From positions 7,006-71,005 of the forward strand of contig CANQLG010000004.1 in the NCBI GenBank assembly GCA_947624645.1: a DNA stretch of 64,000 nt. Direction: 5' to 3'. Made by a program: the position numbers and the translations under genes. A model generated the notes under the pieces. It had not been told where the DNA came from. It worked only from the letters and a program-made list of their open reading frames with translations, and did no database searches. Positions 45,415 to 53,716 of this stretch are shown here, one piece after another (the first letter of the stretch is position 1; each line of letters begins with the position of its first letter). This DNA comes from Candidatus Gastranaerophilales bacterium (GTDB lineage Bacteria > Cyanobacteriota > Vampirovibrionia > Gastranaerophilales > Gastranaerophilaceae).

Positions 45415-47376
45415 TCACTCGATTACCCAATGTTCAATTATATCTTGACTTATGTCATCTAAAAATCTCGACGGTTTTGACAAAACCATATTTGTTCCGT
45501 AATCATACATATCTATCGGATAAGTTATGGTTAAATACGTTTTTGCTCTTGTTATGGCTACATACATTAATCTTAATTCTTCTTCCAACTCTTCCATAGT
45601 ATTAAATGAATATAAAGAGGGAAATCTTCCGTCGACTGCGCCGATAATAAATACAGCTTTATATTCCAAACCTTTGGCACTGTGTATAGTTGATAGTGTT
45701 AAATATTCATCATCTTTTGAACCCCCTTCGACATCAACTGCCGATGTATCAGGCGGTTCCAATGCCAAGTCGCTTAAAAAATCTTCTAAGCTTGTATAGC
45801 CTTCACTTAAAGCTATAAAATGTTCCAAATCCTTTTCCCGTTTGTCCGAGTCATCATATCTGTCTTTCAAAATGGGTTCATAATATTCTATGACGTTTTG
45901 AACTGCCTTTTTGGGATTATATATATCCTTTTGGCTTATATCTATTAATTTTGAAAGCCTTATTATAGCATCAGGATTTTTAACATTAAGCTTAGTCTCT
46001 GTATTTATTCCGTCTTTTAAAACGGGTAAAAGTTTATTTGCGCTTTGAATACCAACTCCATCCAGTAATAAAAGTATCCTTATATAACTTATTATATCAT
46101 CGGGATTTAATATTACTCTTAAATGTGCTATAACATCCTTAATATGCGCTGACTCTATAAATTTCATTCCGCCGAATTTTTTAAACGGTATATTACGTTT
46201 AGATAATTCCAGCTCTATATTGTATGTCATCCTTGCACTGCGAGCTAAAACACATATATCATTAAGCGTTAATCCGTCCTCTTCACACAGTTCCAAAACT
46301 CTTTGCACTACAAATGCCGCTTCCGTACTCATATCCTTTGCACATACAAGTGCCGGTTTTATCGGGCTTTCTGTCTCGGAGTACAGTGTCTTTGTGTATT
46401 TTTCTTTTGCTTTTTTTAATACTTCGTTGGCTAATGCCAATATGTTTTGTGTACTCCTGTAATTACGCTCCAATTTAATTATTTTTGTATCGTCATACAT
46501 TTTGGGAAATTCAAGTATATTTCTATAATTTGCTCCTCTAAAAGAGTATATACTTTGAGAATCATCACCGACAGCCATTACGTTATTGTGCTCTGATGCA
46601 AGTAATTTAACTATTTGCGCTTGTATAGTATTAGTATCCTGATATTCATCAACCATTATATATTTATATCTGTTTGATAAATCCTTTCTTACCTTGGGAT
46701 TACTTTCCAACAATGTCCTTAAATATAACAAAAGATCATCATAATCCAATATTGAATTTTTATGCTTATATATATTGTATTCATGTATAATTTCGTTTAT
46801 TTTTTCGGTATTGGATTCAAATTGTTTATATTCCGTTAATATAACTTCTTCTGAGGGAATATTTTTGTTTACAGCCTTGGAATATATATCAAGGATAGTA
46901 CCTTTTCTCGGGAATCTTTTTTCCTGCTTTCCTATCAAATTCGACCTTATATGGTTTATAATATCCTCACTGTCTGCTCTGTCCGTTATCGTAAAATTAT
47001 TGTTTAACTCCAATAAATTTGAGTACTTTCTCAATATTATGTTTGCAAAAGAATGAAATGTACCGCCGGATATTTTATCACATCTTGAATCTAATACAAT
47101 TGATGCACGTGTCATCATCTCTCGTGCCGCTTTACGGGTAAATGTCAATAATAATATATTTTCGGGATTAACCCCGTCCTCTATTAATCTGGCTACACGA
47201 TATGTTAACGTTTTGGTTTTTCCGGAACCCGCTCCTGCTATTACCAACACTGCACCATCTTTTTGTTTCACAGCTTCCAGTTGCTCGGGATTCAATTCCT
47301 TTGCATAATCAACCTTATATGATGTTTGAGTTTCCACTCTCTTAAGTTTGTATTTTTTTACCGTTATTTCTTCCAT
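45415..47376 (-). CDS. UvrD/PcrA/Rep-family superfamily 1 DNA helicase
   Basis: AGAGSGKT (Walker A), DEYQDTN, GDDSQSIYSFRGA, NYRS, TIHSAKGLEY and YVAITRAK motifs; 653 aa. Confidence 0.88.
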   Translation of the reverse strand: MEEITVKKYKLKRVETQTSYKVDYAKELNPEQLEAVKQKDGAVLVIAGAGSGKTKTLTYRVARLIEDGVNPENILLLTFTRKAAREMMTRASIVLDSRCDKISGGTFHSFANIILRKYSNLLELNNNFTITDRADSEDIINHIRSNLIGKQEKRFPRKGTILDIYSKAVNKNIPSEEVILTEYKQFESNTEKINEIIHEYNIYKHKNSILDYDDLLLYLRTLLESNPKVRKDLSNRYKYIMVDEYQDTNTIQAQIVKLLASEHNNVMAVGDDSQSIYSFRGANYRNILEFPKMYDDTKIIKLERNYRSTQNILALANEVLKKAKEKYTKTLYSETESPIKPALVCAKDMSTEAAFVVQRVLELCEEDGLTLNDICVLARSARMTYNIELELSKRNIPFKKFGGMKFIESAHIKDVIAHLRVILNPDDIISYIRILLLLDGVGIQSANKLLPVLKDGINTETKLNVKNPDAIIRLSKLIDISQKDIYNPKKAVQNVIEYYEPILKDRYDDSDKREKDLEHFIALSEGYTSLEDFLSDLALEPPDTSAVDVEGGSKDDEYLTLSTIHSAKGLEYKAVFIIGAVDGRFPSLYSFNTMEELEEELRLMYVAITRAKTYLTITYPIDMYDYGTNMVLSKPSRFLDDISQDIIEHWVIE

Positions 47377-47397
47377 ATATTTTATTCTGTTATCGTT

Positions 47398-48636
47398 TTA
47401 TAGAGGCAGAACTATCTCGAATACAGTTTCTTTTTCATCAGATATTACTAAATTTATTTTTCCGCCCGCTTCTTTCAATTGTTTATTACAAAAATATAAC
47501 CCTAAACCGTTTCCTTGGTCTTTTGTTGTGTAGTTTTCTTCAAAAATCTTTTCAATATTTTCTTCCGGTATTTTTGCCCCGTCATTTTTAATTCTGATTT
47601 TTAATTGTTTTTCCGTTTTATTTACCGATATATTTATCTTACAACCATCACTGCAAGCTTCTATTCCGTTATATATTATGTTTATTAATGCACATTCAAG
47701 CCGTGATTTATCAGTATTTATTATTAAATCTTCAAGATTATCAGACTTTATTAATATACCTGCACCTTGCGCTTTTTGTGTACACATCAATATAACATTT
47801 TCTATAAGCGGTTTTATATTTACTTCTGTTATATATAGAGATGATAAGCAACGCAAACTGCCTATCAGACTTGATATATTCTCAGATGCATTTTCTATAC
47901 ATTTTATCGCATTTTGTATTGATAATGTTGTTTCTTTATCAGCCTCAACCGTTTCTATACGTTTATCCAATATTCTTGAATATAAGTTTATTACAGATAA
48001 ACTGTTTTTTATTTCGTGAGAAATAAATTTTGCCTTTTCATTTACCGTTTGAGCAGTCTTTTGAATTTCATCCTGCTGAATTAACGAAGATTTTTCATTT
48101 GAACTAAATAATAATTCTTCAGTTTTATCATCAAAACATTTAATAAGTTCATTTATTGATTGATTTAAACTGCTGTTTTCACGTCTTTCCGACACACATT
48201 TTTGTATTTGGGCATTTGAATTATTCGCAATTAAACTCAATATATCATTTATTCGTTTTGAATTATAAATTATACAATACTTTGCAAAAGTACCGGAGTT
48301 TCTATCTGATGAAGAATAATCCCATATTAGTGCGCAGGAATATCTTTCATCTAAAACCGTTACAAATTCTATTTCCTCCCAAATGTTACTCTTTTGGTTG
48401 GATATTCCGCTAAAATCAACCAACTTTGAACCTGTATATTCGATTCGTTTTATTAACGTATCTTTCAAGTCTTTTGAAGAAGTATTTAACCTGTATAAAA
48501 TTTGTGATTTTGAATTAATATTCATATATATCGGGGCTAAAATCACGCGAAAGAGACCTGATATGGTCTCCTTCGTACATTCTCTCTCCGAATTATTATA
48601 TAAGTACTGCTTCAATGTATTAAAGTTATTTTTCAT
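47398..48636 (-). CDS. Soluble sensor histidine kinase
   Basis: H-box FISHEIKNSL, N-box NIIYNGIEA, G-boxes NDG and GNGLGL. There is no TM segment, and the ~190-aa N-terminal domain is of unrecognised type. Confidence 0.8.
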   Translation of the reverse strand: MKNNFNTLKQYLYNNSERECTKETISGLFRVILAPIYMNINSKSQILYRLNTSSKDLKDTLIKRIEYTGSKLVDFSGISNQKSNIWEEIEFVTVLDERYSCALIWDYSSSDRNSGTFAKYCIIYNSKRINDILSLIANNSNAQIQKCVSERRENSSLNQSINELIKCFDDKTEELLFSSNEKSSLIQQDEIQKTAQTVNEKAKFISHEIKNSLSVINLYSRILDKRIETVEADKETTLSIQNAIKCIENASENISSLIGSLRCLSSLYITEVNIKPLIENVILMCTQKAQGAGILIKSDNLEDLIINTDKSRLECALINIIYNGIEACSDGCKINISVNKTEKQLKIRIKNDGAKIPEENIEKIFEENYTTKDQGNGLGLYFCNKQLKEAGGKINLVISDEKETVFEIVLPL

Positions 48637-48643
48637 AAACTAA

Positions 48644-49342
48644 TTATACAGCAAGCTTTAATTTTTTTCTATTTTTAAATCCGTTATTTATTGCATATAA
48701 AACTGCTTGTGTTCTGTCGTTTACCTGAAGTTTTTGGAAAATATTATTTACGTGTGTTTTTACGGTTGTTTCACTTATGAATAATTGTTGTGCAACTCCT
48801 TTATATGTTACGCCGCAAGTTAATAATTCCAGTACTTCTTCTTCTCTTTGCGTTAAATATTGCAATAAATTTTCTTCATTTGTTTGTGCGTTATGTTCAT
48901 CTTTAAATGTTTTTTGAAAATATTCAAAGAATCTTGAAGATAGGCCTGAGGGTAAATATATTTTTCCTTGGAGTACTTCTTCTATCGCATATATGAGCTG
49001 AGCCGATGCCATCGTTTTCAGTATATAACCCTTAGCGCCTATCTTCATTGCTCTGAATATTAAGTCAGGATCATCATATCCCGTTAATGCGATGATTTTT
49101 GTCCCTAAATTCAATCTTTCTATCTCACTTATTGCCGTTAAGCCGTCTTTTTCCGGCATATTTATATCCATTAATACTATATCGGGCTGGTATTTTTTTA
49201 CTAAGTTTATTGCAATATTGGCATTTGTTGCCGTCGCTATTACTTCAAAATTTGTTTCCATATTTATAAGTTCACGAATCCCCAGCAAATGATCAAAATT
49301 ATCATCTGTTAATAATACTTTTATTTTTTTGTTAAATTCCAT
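48644..49342 (-). CDS. NarL/FixJ (LuxR-type HTH) response regulator
   Basis: Receiver with LLTDD, VLMDINMP and a K in KGYILK. C-terminal LTQREEEVLELL..ISETTVKTHVNNIFQKL. The start is moved to ATG 49342. Confidence 0.88.
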   Translation of the reverse strand: MEFNKKIKVLLTDDNFDHLLGIRELINMETNFEVIATATNANIAINLVKKYQPDIVLMDINMPEKDGLTAISEIERLNLGTKIIALTGYDDPDLIFRAMKIGAKGYILKTMASAQLIYAIEEVLQGKIYLPSGLSSRFFEYFQKTFKDEHNAQTNEENLLQYLTQREEEVLELLTCGVTYKGVAQQLFISETTVKTHVNNIFQKLQVNDRTQAVLYAINNGFKNRKKLKLAV

Positions 49343-49471
49343 TGGTCTTCTCATATACACACTCACGCCCCTTCGTAAATACCTCGCTTACACTATTCAT
49401 ATTACCTGTATAAGCATGGGCGCTCATCCATATTTGGATTGATTTATCTATGTAAAAAGATTTATTTAATT

Positions 49472-49487
49472 ATCTAAATCTTTAGAT
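49472..49487. promoter_or_regulatory. 7-2-7 palindrome upstream of the response-regulator gene (possible operator)
   Basis: atctaaa-tc-tttagat within the 224-bp gap between gene B and the regulator. AT-rich, so support is weak. Confidence 0.2.
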
Positions 49488-49590
49488 TAATATATACCCC
49501 GAAACTCTTTTCTTTATTGTATTTATAGAATCTTACTTTTATTTTTTTACAACTAATACAAGTTTAGTAATCCGTAAACCTAATATATGA

Positions 49591-50433
49591 TTATTCTGCT
49601 TCTTTTTTTCTTTTTATCTTATCTTTTAGCAGTTTATATTTATTTATTTTTTTAGGTTTTGTATTATTAACCGTAATTAAAGGAAGATTTTGATAACTTT
49701 CTTCATTAGATTTAACCTCTACAATTATTTCATTTCCCTCTAATGAATTATCATTATTTGGTAATGATTCATTATTCGATTGATTTATATTCGTTTCTTC
49801 TTTAGTGTTTGATCGCTCATCAGTCAATATATAAGAAGTTTCTCTGTCAAATACACGTTCCGGTATAATACTTGCATTATCGGTTGTTAATTCTTCAATA
49901 CCGGTTATAACATATAAACCGTCTTCATTTCTTCCGAAATACACCACTACTAAATTGGATGAAGAGAATAATATATTAATATCCGTTTCATTTAAATTCG
50001 GATAATTTATCAAAATCAATGCCCTTAATTTATCCAATATATTATTTGTTTCACGCAAAGATAACCCAAAAATATATGATTTTTCCGTCGTAATTATTTC
50101 TTCTAATATCCTGACTATTTCTATTATAGTAGGAGAAGTTACAACATTTATTTTACTTTCTTCTTTATTGTCAATTAAATGATTTGCTATTTTGACTTTT
50201 ATCGTCTTATTTATAAAAAATTTTATATACTGCCCAATTAATGCAGAATCCATATTATTTTCCATTACATAAATAATATTCTTACGGTTTTTACAATAAT
50301 TTTTTATAAGATTTTGTACGTATTTTTCATCACCGAACAACTCAGTAATATTTTCGTTTTTATTGGTCGATTTTTGTTCCTTCACCCGTTCGGGAACCTT
50401 TTTACCATCTTTTAATCTTTCTTTTATATTCAT
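49591..50433 (-). CDS. Hypothetical protein resembling a degenerate CpaF/TadA (VirB11-type) secretion ATPase core without a Walker A
   Basis: ..NIIYVMENNMDSALIGQYIKFF.. sits where the family has GGTGSGKTT. The C-terminal ..LDKLRALIL..NLNETDINILFSSSNLVVVYFGRNEDGLYVITGIEELT.. mirrors the family pattern R..DG.R.V..I.E. This is recognised by eye only. Confidence 0.35.
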   Translation of the reverse strand: MNIKERLKDGKKVPERVKEQKSTNKNENITELFGDEKYVQNLIKNYCKNRKNIIYVMENNMDSALIGQYIKFFINKTIKVKIANHLIDNKEESKINVVTSPTIIEIVRILEEIITTEKSYIFGLSLRETNNILDKLRALILINYPNLNETDINILFSSSNLVVVYFGRNEDGLYVITGIEELTTDNASIIPERVFDRETSYILTDERSNTKEETNINQSNNESLPNNDNSLEGNEIIVEVKSNEESYQNLPLITVNNTKPKKINKYKLLKDKIKRKKEAE

Positions 50434-50435
50434 AT

Positions 50436-51545
50436 CTAATCTTTATTTACTATATCCTGAGCTATTGATTCAAAGATTTTAACTATATCTATATCTGGAT
50501 TTATCTCTTTTAAGGTTTTGCCGTTCTGCATAGAAACTGATGCACTCATTGCCGATTGCGGAATCTTTTTATATGCTTGTTTTTCCAATACAGTTTCTAT
50601 TTCTTTTATCCTATCTATATCCCGCTGGCGATATTTATTTATTATAAATTTTACTTTTCCATATAAATTATTGCTTAAGAACTCATTTTTAATTTTTTCT
50701 GCATAATTTAATTTAGTATCTAATAGACAGTAGATATAATCGGATGATTTTAAGACTAACTCATTTATAGGTGTCAATTCCGGATCCAAATCAAAAAAGA
50801 TATATTTATATGTCTTTTTTGCTTCAGATAGGAATAATTTAAGTTTATTCTCTTGTATATGTACCGAATTCGTGTACATTCCGTTTGCCATTATATACAA
50901 GGATGAATTTTTATATTTTTGTATATTTTCCATATAGCTTTGTGCAGTAGATTCTGTTATATTACCTAAAATAAATGACGTATTATATTTTGAATTTATA
51001 TCTAACATAATGGAAATGTCATTTATATTATTATTAAAATCAACTATTAGCACCTTTTCTTTAGTAACGTCTGCAACTTCTTTTGCCACATTTACCAGAA
51101 AAAAAGTCTTTCCTATTCCGCTTTCGGGAGAAATTATCGTATAAACCTTAGTCATATTTTCACCTGCTTTATTTTGTACCTCTTTATTATAGAAACTATT
51201 TACGACTTTTAAAAATTCACTTTTTACAGGAGGACTAGAAATAAATTCCTTTGCACCTGCACGCAGTGACTTAACATGTATATCCGTTGAAGTATCATTT
51301 GAAATTACCACAAACAAATTCTCTTGTTTTGACGATAATTTTGATATTGTGTTTAAATCTTCGGCATTAGATTGACCTATATTTACAAATATAAAGTTTA
51401 TAAAGCCATTATCCGGAATCAGTTTTTCATCAAATTTGTCATACTTATATAATTTATAGACAAAAGTTGTTTCCTTTAAATAGCTCTCAATTACAGTTCT
51501 AGTCAGTTCATCATTGTCAAATAATATTATATTTATATTTTCCAT
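50436..51545 (-). CDS. TadZ/CpaE-like protein: pseudo-receiver domain plus MinD/ParA-type P-loop domain
   Basis: The receiver-like N-terminus has Asn at the phospho-acceptor position (FIFVNIG) and no conserved Lys (GAKEFISSP). The P-loop is SPESGIGKT. The MinD-like remainder includes LIVDFNN and IFFDLD. Confidence 0.6.
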   Translation of the reverse strand: MENINIILFDNDELTRTVIESYLKETTFVYKLYKYDKFDEKLIPDNGFINFIFVNIGQSNAEDLNTISKLSSKQENLFVVISNDTSTDIHVKSLRAGAKEFISSPPVKSEFLKVVNSFYNKEVQNKAGENMTKVYTIISPESGIGKTFFLVNVAKEVADVTKEKVLIVDFNNNINDISIMLDINSKYNTSFILGNITESTAQSYMENIQKYKNSSLYIMANGMYTNSVHIQENKLKLFLSEAKKTYKYIFFDLDPELTPINELVLKSSDYIYCLLDTKLNYAEKIKNEFLSNNLYGKVKFIINKYRQRDIDRIKEIETVLEKQAYKKIPQSAMSASVSMQNGKTLKEINPDIDIVKIFESIAQDIVNKD

Positions 51546-51607
51546 AATTACATTTTACAACATTCTGTCAAAATATGAAATAATAATTTTATGAGATAAT
51601 AAAAATT

Positions 51608-52933
51608 ATGAAAGAAAAAAAGAAAATAATAATAATAGGAGCAGGCTTAGCCGGTTCTGAAGCGGCATTACAGGCAGCAAAACGTGGAATTAATGTCGAT
51701 TTATATGAAATGCGTCCTGAGAAAATGACCCCTGCTCATAAAACCGGAGATTTTGCGGAATTTGTTTGTTCCAACAGTCTTGGCAGTTATGATACTTGTA
51801 ATGCATCAGGATTGTTAAAACATGAAATGGAGATGTTGGGTTCGCAATTAATGCCCATTATTCATGAAGTCGCAGTTCCCGCAGGTAATGCACTTTCTAT
51901 TGACAGAAATCTTTTTTCTTCAAAGGTTACTCAGATTATTTCCAATAATCCGAATATTAAAGTTATCAGAAAAGAACTAAAAGATGTTCCGACTGATATT
52001 CCCGTTATTATAGCCTCAGGGCCCCTCACTTCGGATGCACTTTCAACTTCAATAAAAAATATGCTGGGACAAGACTATTTGCATTTTTTTGATGCAATTG
52101 CACCAATAATAGAAAAAGATTCCATTGATTTTAATAAAGCTTTTTTCCTTAATCGATACAATAAAGGAAGTGCCGATTATATAAATTGCCCTATGAATAA
52201 ACAAGAATATGAAAATTTTTATAATATTCTTATTAATTCACCAAAAATAGAATTAAAATCTTTTGAAAAAGATGCTAAGTTTTTTGAGTCATGCCTGCCT
52301 ATTGAAGTAATAGCATCAAGGGGGATAGACACTCTTAGATTTGGGCCGCTTAAACCAGTCGGACTTATTGATCCAAGAACAGGCACGGAAAACTATGCGG
52401 TAGTCCAGCTAAGACAGGATAATAAATCCGCAAGCTTATATAATCTTGTCGGTTTCCAAACAAACCTTAAGTGGGGCGCTCAAAAAGAATTGATTCAAGC
52501 CATCCCCGGACTTGAAAATGCCAATATTGTCAGATTTGGAGTTATGCACCGTAATACATTTATTAACAGTCCTAAAGTGTTGATACCGACTTTGCAGGTT
52601 AAAAATATTCCCCATATATTTTTTGCAGGTCAAATTACGGGTACGGAAGGTTATACGGAATCAATAGCATCAGGGCTATTAGCAGGCATTAATATTTCTA
52701 AATATATTTTAGGTCAAGAATTAGTTGAGTTATCAAGAGAAACTGTGCTCGGGGCTTTAACTCATTATATTTCAGGTGATGTTCAATCTGATTTTCAGCC
52801 TATTAACTCTAATTGGGGTATACTTGCTCCTATTGATGCGGATAAAAAAATACGAAAAAATAAAAAACTAAAAAATGAATTGCTAGCAAAAAGAGCACTT
52901 GACCTGTTACAATCTATTTCAAAAAATGTTTAA
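51608..52933 (+). CDS. trmFO: Methylenetetrahydrofolate--tRNA-(uracil54-C5)-methyltransferase
   Basis: IIIIGAGLAGSEAA FAD-binding fold, ..CSNSL.., ..FFAGQITGTEGYTES..; 441 aa, typical of TrmFO/Gid. Confidence 0.9.
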   Translation: MKEKKKIIIIGAGLAGSEAALQAAKRGINVDLYEMRPEKMTPAHKTGDFAEFVCSNSLGSYDTCNASGLLKHEMEMLGSQLMPIIHEVAVPAGNALSIDRNLFSSKVTQIISNNPNIKVIRKELKDVPTDIPVIIASGPLTSDALSTSIKNMLGQDYLHFFDAIAPIIEKDSIDFNKAFFLNRYNKGSADYINCPMNKQEYENFYNILINSPKIELKSFEKDAKFFESCLPIEVIASRGIDTLRFGPLKPVGLIDPRTGTENYAVVQLRQDNKSASLYNLVGFQTNLKWGAQKELIQAIPGLENANIVRFGVMHRNTFINSPKVLIPTLQVKNIPHIFFAGQITGTEGYTESIASGLLAGINISKYILGQELVELSRETVLGALTHYISGDVQSDFQPINSNWGILAPIDADKKIRKNKKLKNELLAKRALDLLQSISKNV

Positions 52934-53309
52934 ATTCTTTATCAGCTTCAAAATAATATCCGCACCCGTCTAAGGGTTTACCGCCGTTTATCAGAAATTT
53001 TTTATTGACCTTAGGATACATTCGGCAGCCTAATCCTCTAAAAAAATAAACTTTACATCTGTTATTATCATCCAGTTCTTTGCAGGTAAATAATAATGCA
53101 CCCGTTTCGCTTTTTCCTGATATATAAAAATTATAATAGTGTTTTTCCCATTCTTTTACCTTCTCAAACTGTTCTTCAGTCTTTATTGGGTCATCTTCAA
53201 CATATAATAATATATTTCGGCAGCAATTGCCACAGCCTCGGCACTTTCCCCGCCTTACATATTTTGATGACATTATTTTCTGCATATAAAATTTTACGTA
53301 CTTCAGCAT
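52914..53309 (-). CDS. YkgJ-family zinc/iron-cluster (CxxCxxCC) protein
   Basis: CRGCGNCCRN motif plus the later C..C..GC pattern. Its start overlaps the stop of the upstream gene. Confidence 0.6.
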   Translation of the reverse strand: MLKYVKFYMQKIMSSKYVRRGKCRGCGNCCRNILLYVEDDPIKTEEQFEKVKEWEKHYYNFYISGKSETGALLFTCKELDDNNRCKVYFFRGLGCRMYPKVNKKFLINGGKPLDGCGYYFEADKEFKHFLK

Positions 53310-53716
53310 TACTTCACCAAAAATTCTTTATGGGCAAACGGATAATTCTTTTTATTTAAGTAAAAGAACTGTATTATATAATGCCCGGGTTTTTGAATAT
53401 ATATATAATCGGTATAATATTTTTCATACATATCTATATATAAATCTTTTGTTGCAATTACGGAAAAGCCCCAATTTGATGTTTTATCGTCCTGCTTGGA
53501 TATCTGCATCCTGACACCCGAATATTTTATACCCTCAGGAATAATTAATGCATAATTTATTCTTTGTTTTACAACAAATATACGTTCTATTCTTTGTAGA
53601 GTTTCCGCTGTTATCGTGCCTGATGATAATACAATATAAGGTTTACTTGATTTTTTAAAACCGCAGCATATTACTATCAATACCGTTATGATAAATACAG
53701 ATAATATTTTTTTCAT
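53309..53716 (-). CDS. Hypothetical lipoprotein
   Basis: MKKILSVFIITVLIVICCG is a signal peptide with a lipobox-like Cys. It is translationally coupled to the TPR gene (1-nt overlap). Confidence 0.5.
   Translation of the reverse strand: MKKILSVFIITVLIVICCGFKKSSKPYIVLSSGTITAETLQRIERIFVVKQRINYALIIPEGIKYSGVRMQISKQDDKTSNWGFSVIATKDLYIDMYEKYYTDYIYIQKPGHYIIQFFYLNKKNYPFAHKEFLVK

Noticed and set aside
45415-47376. UvrD-family helicase as part of a defence system (for example, a Gabija GajB-like partner).
   Set aside because: It has the full housekeeping PcrA/UvrD motif set and length, with no adjacent nuclease/ATPase partner or other defence-type gene. Its neighbours are a two-component system and the repeat block.
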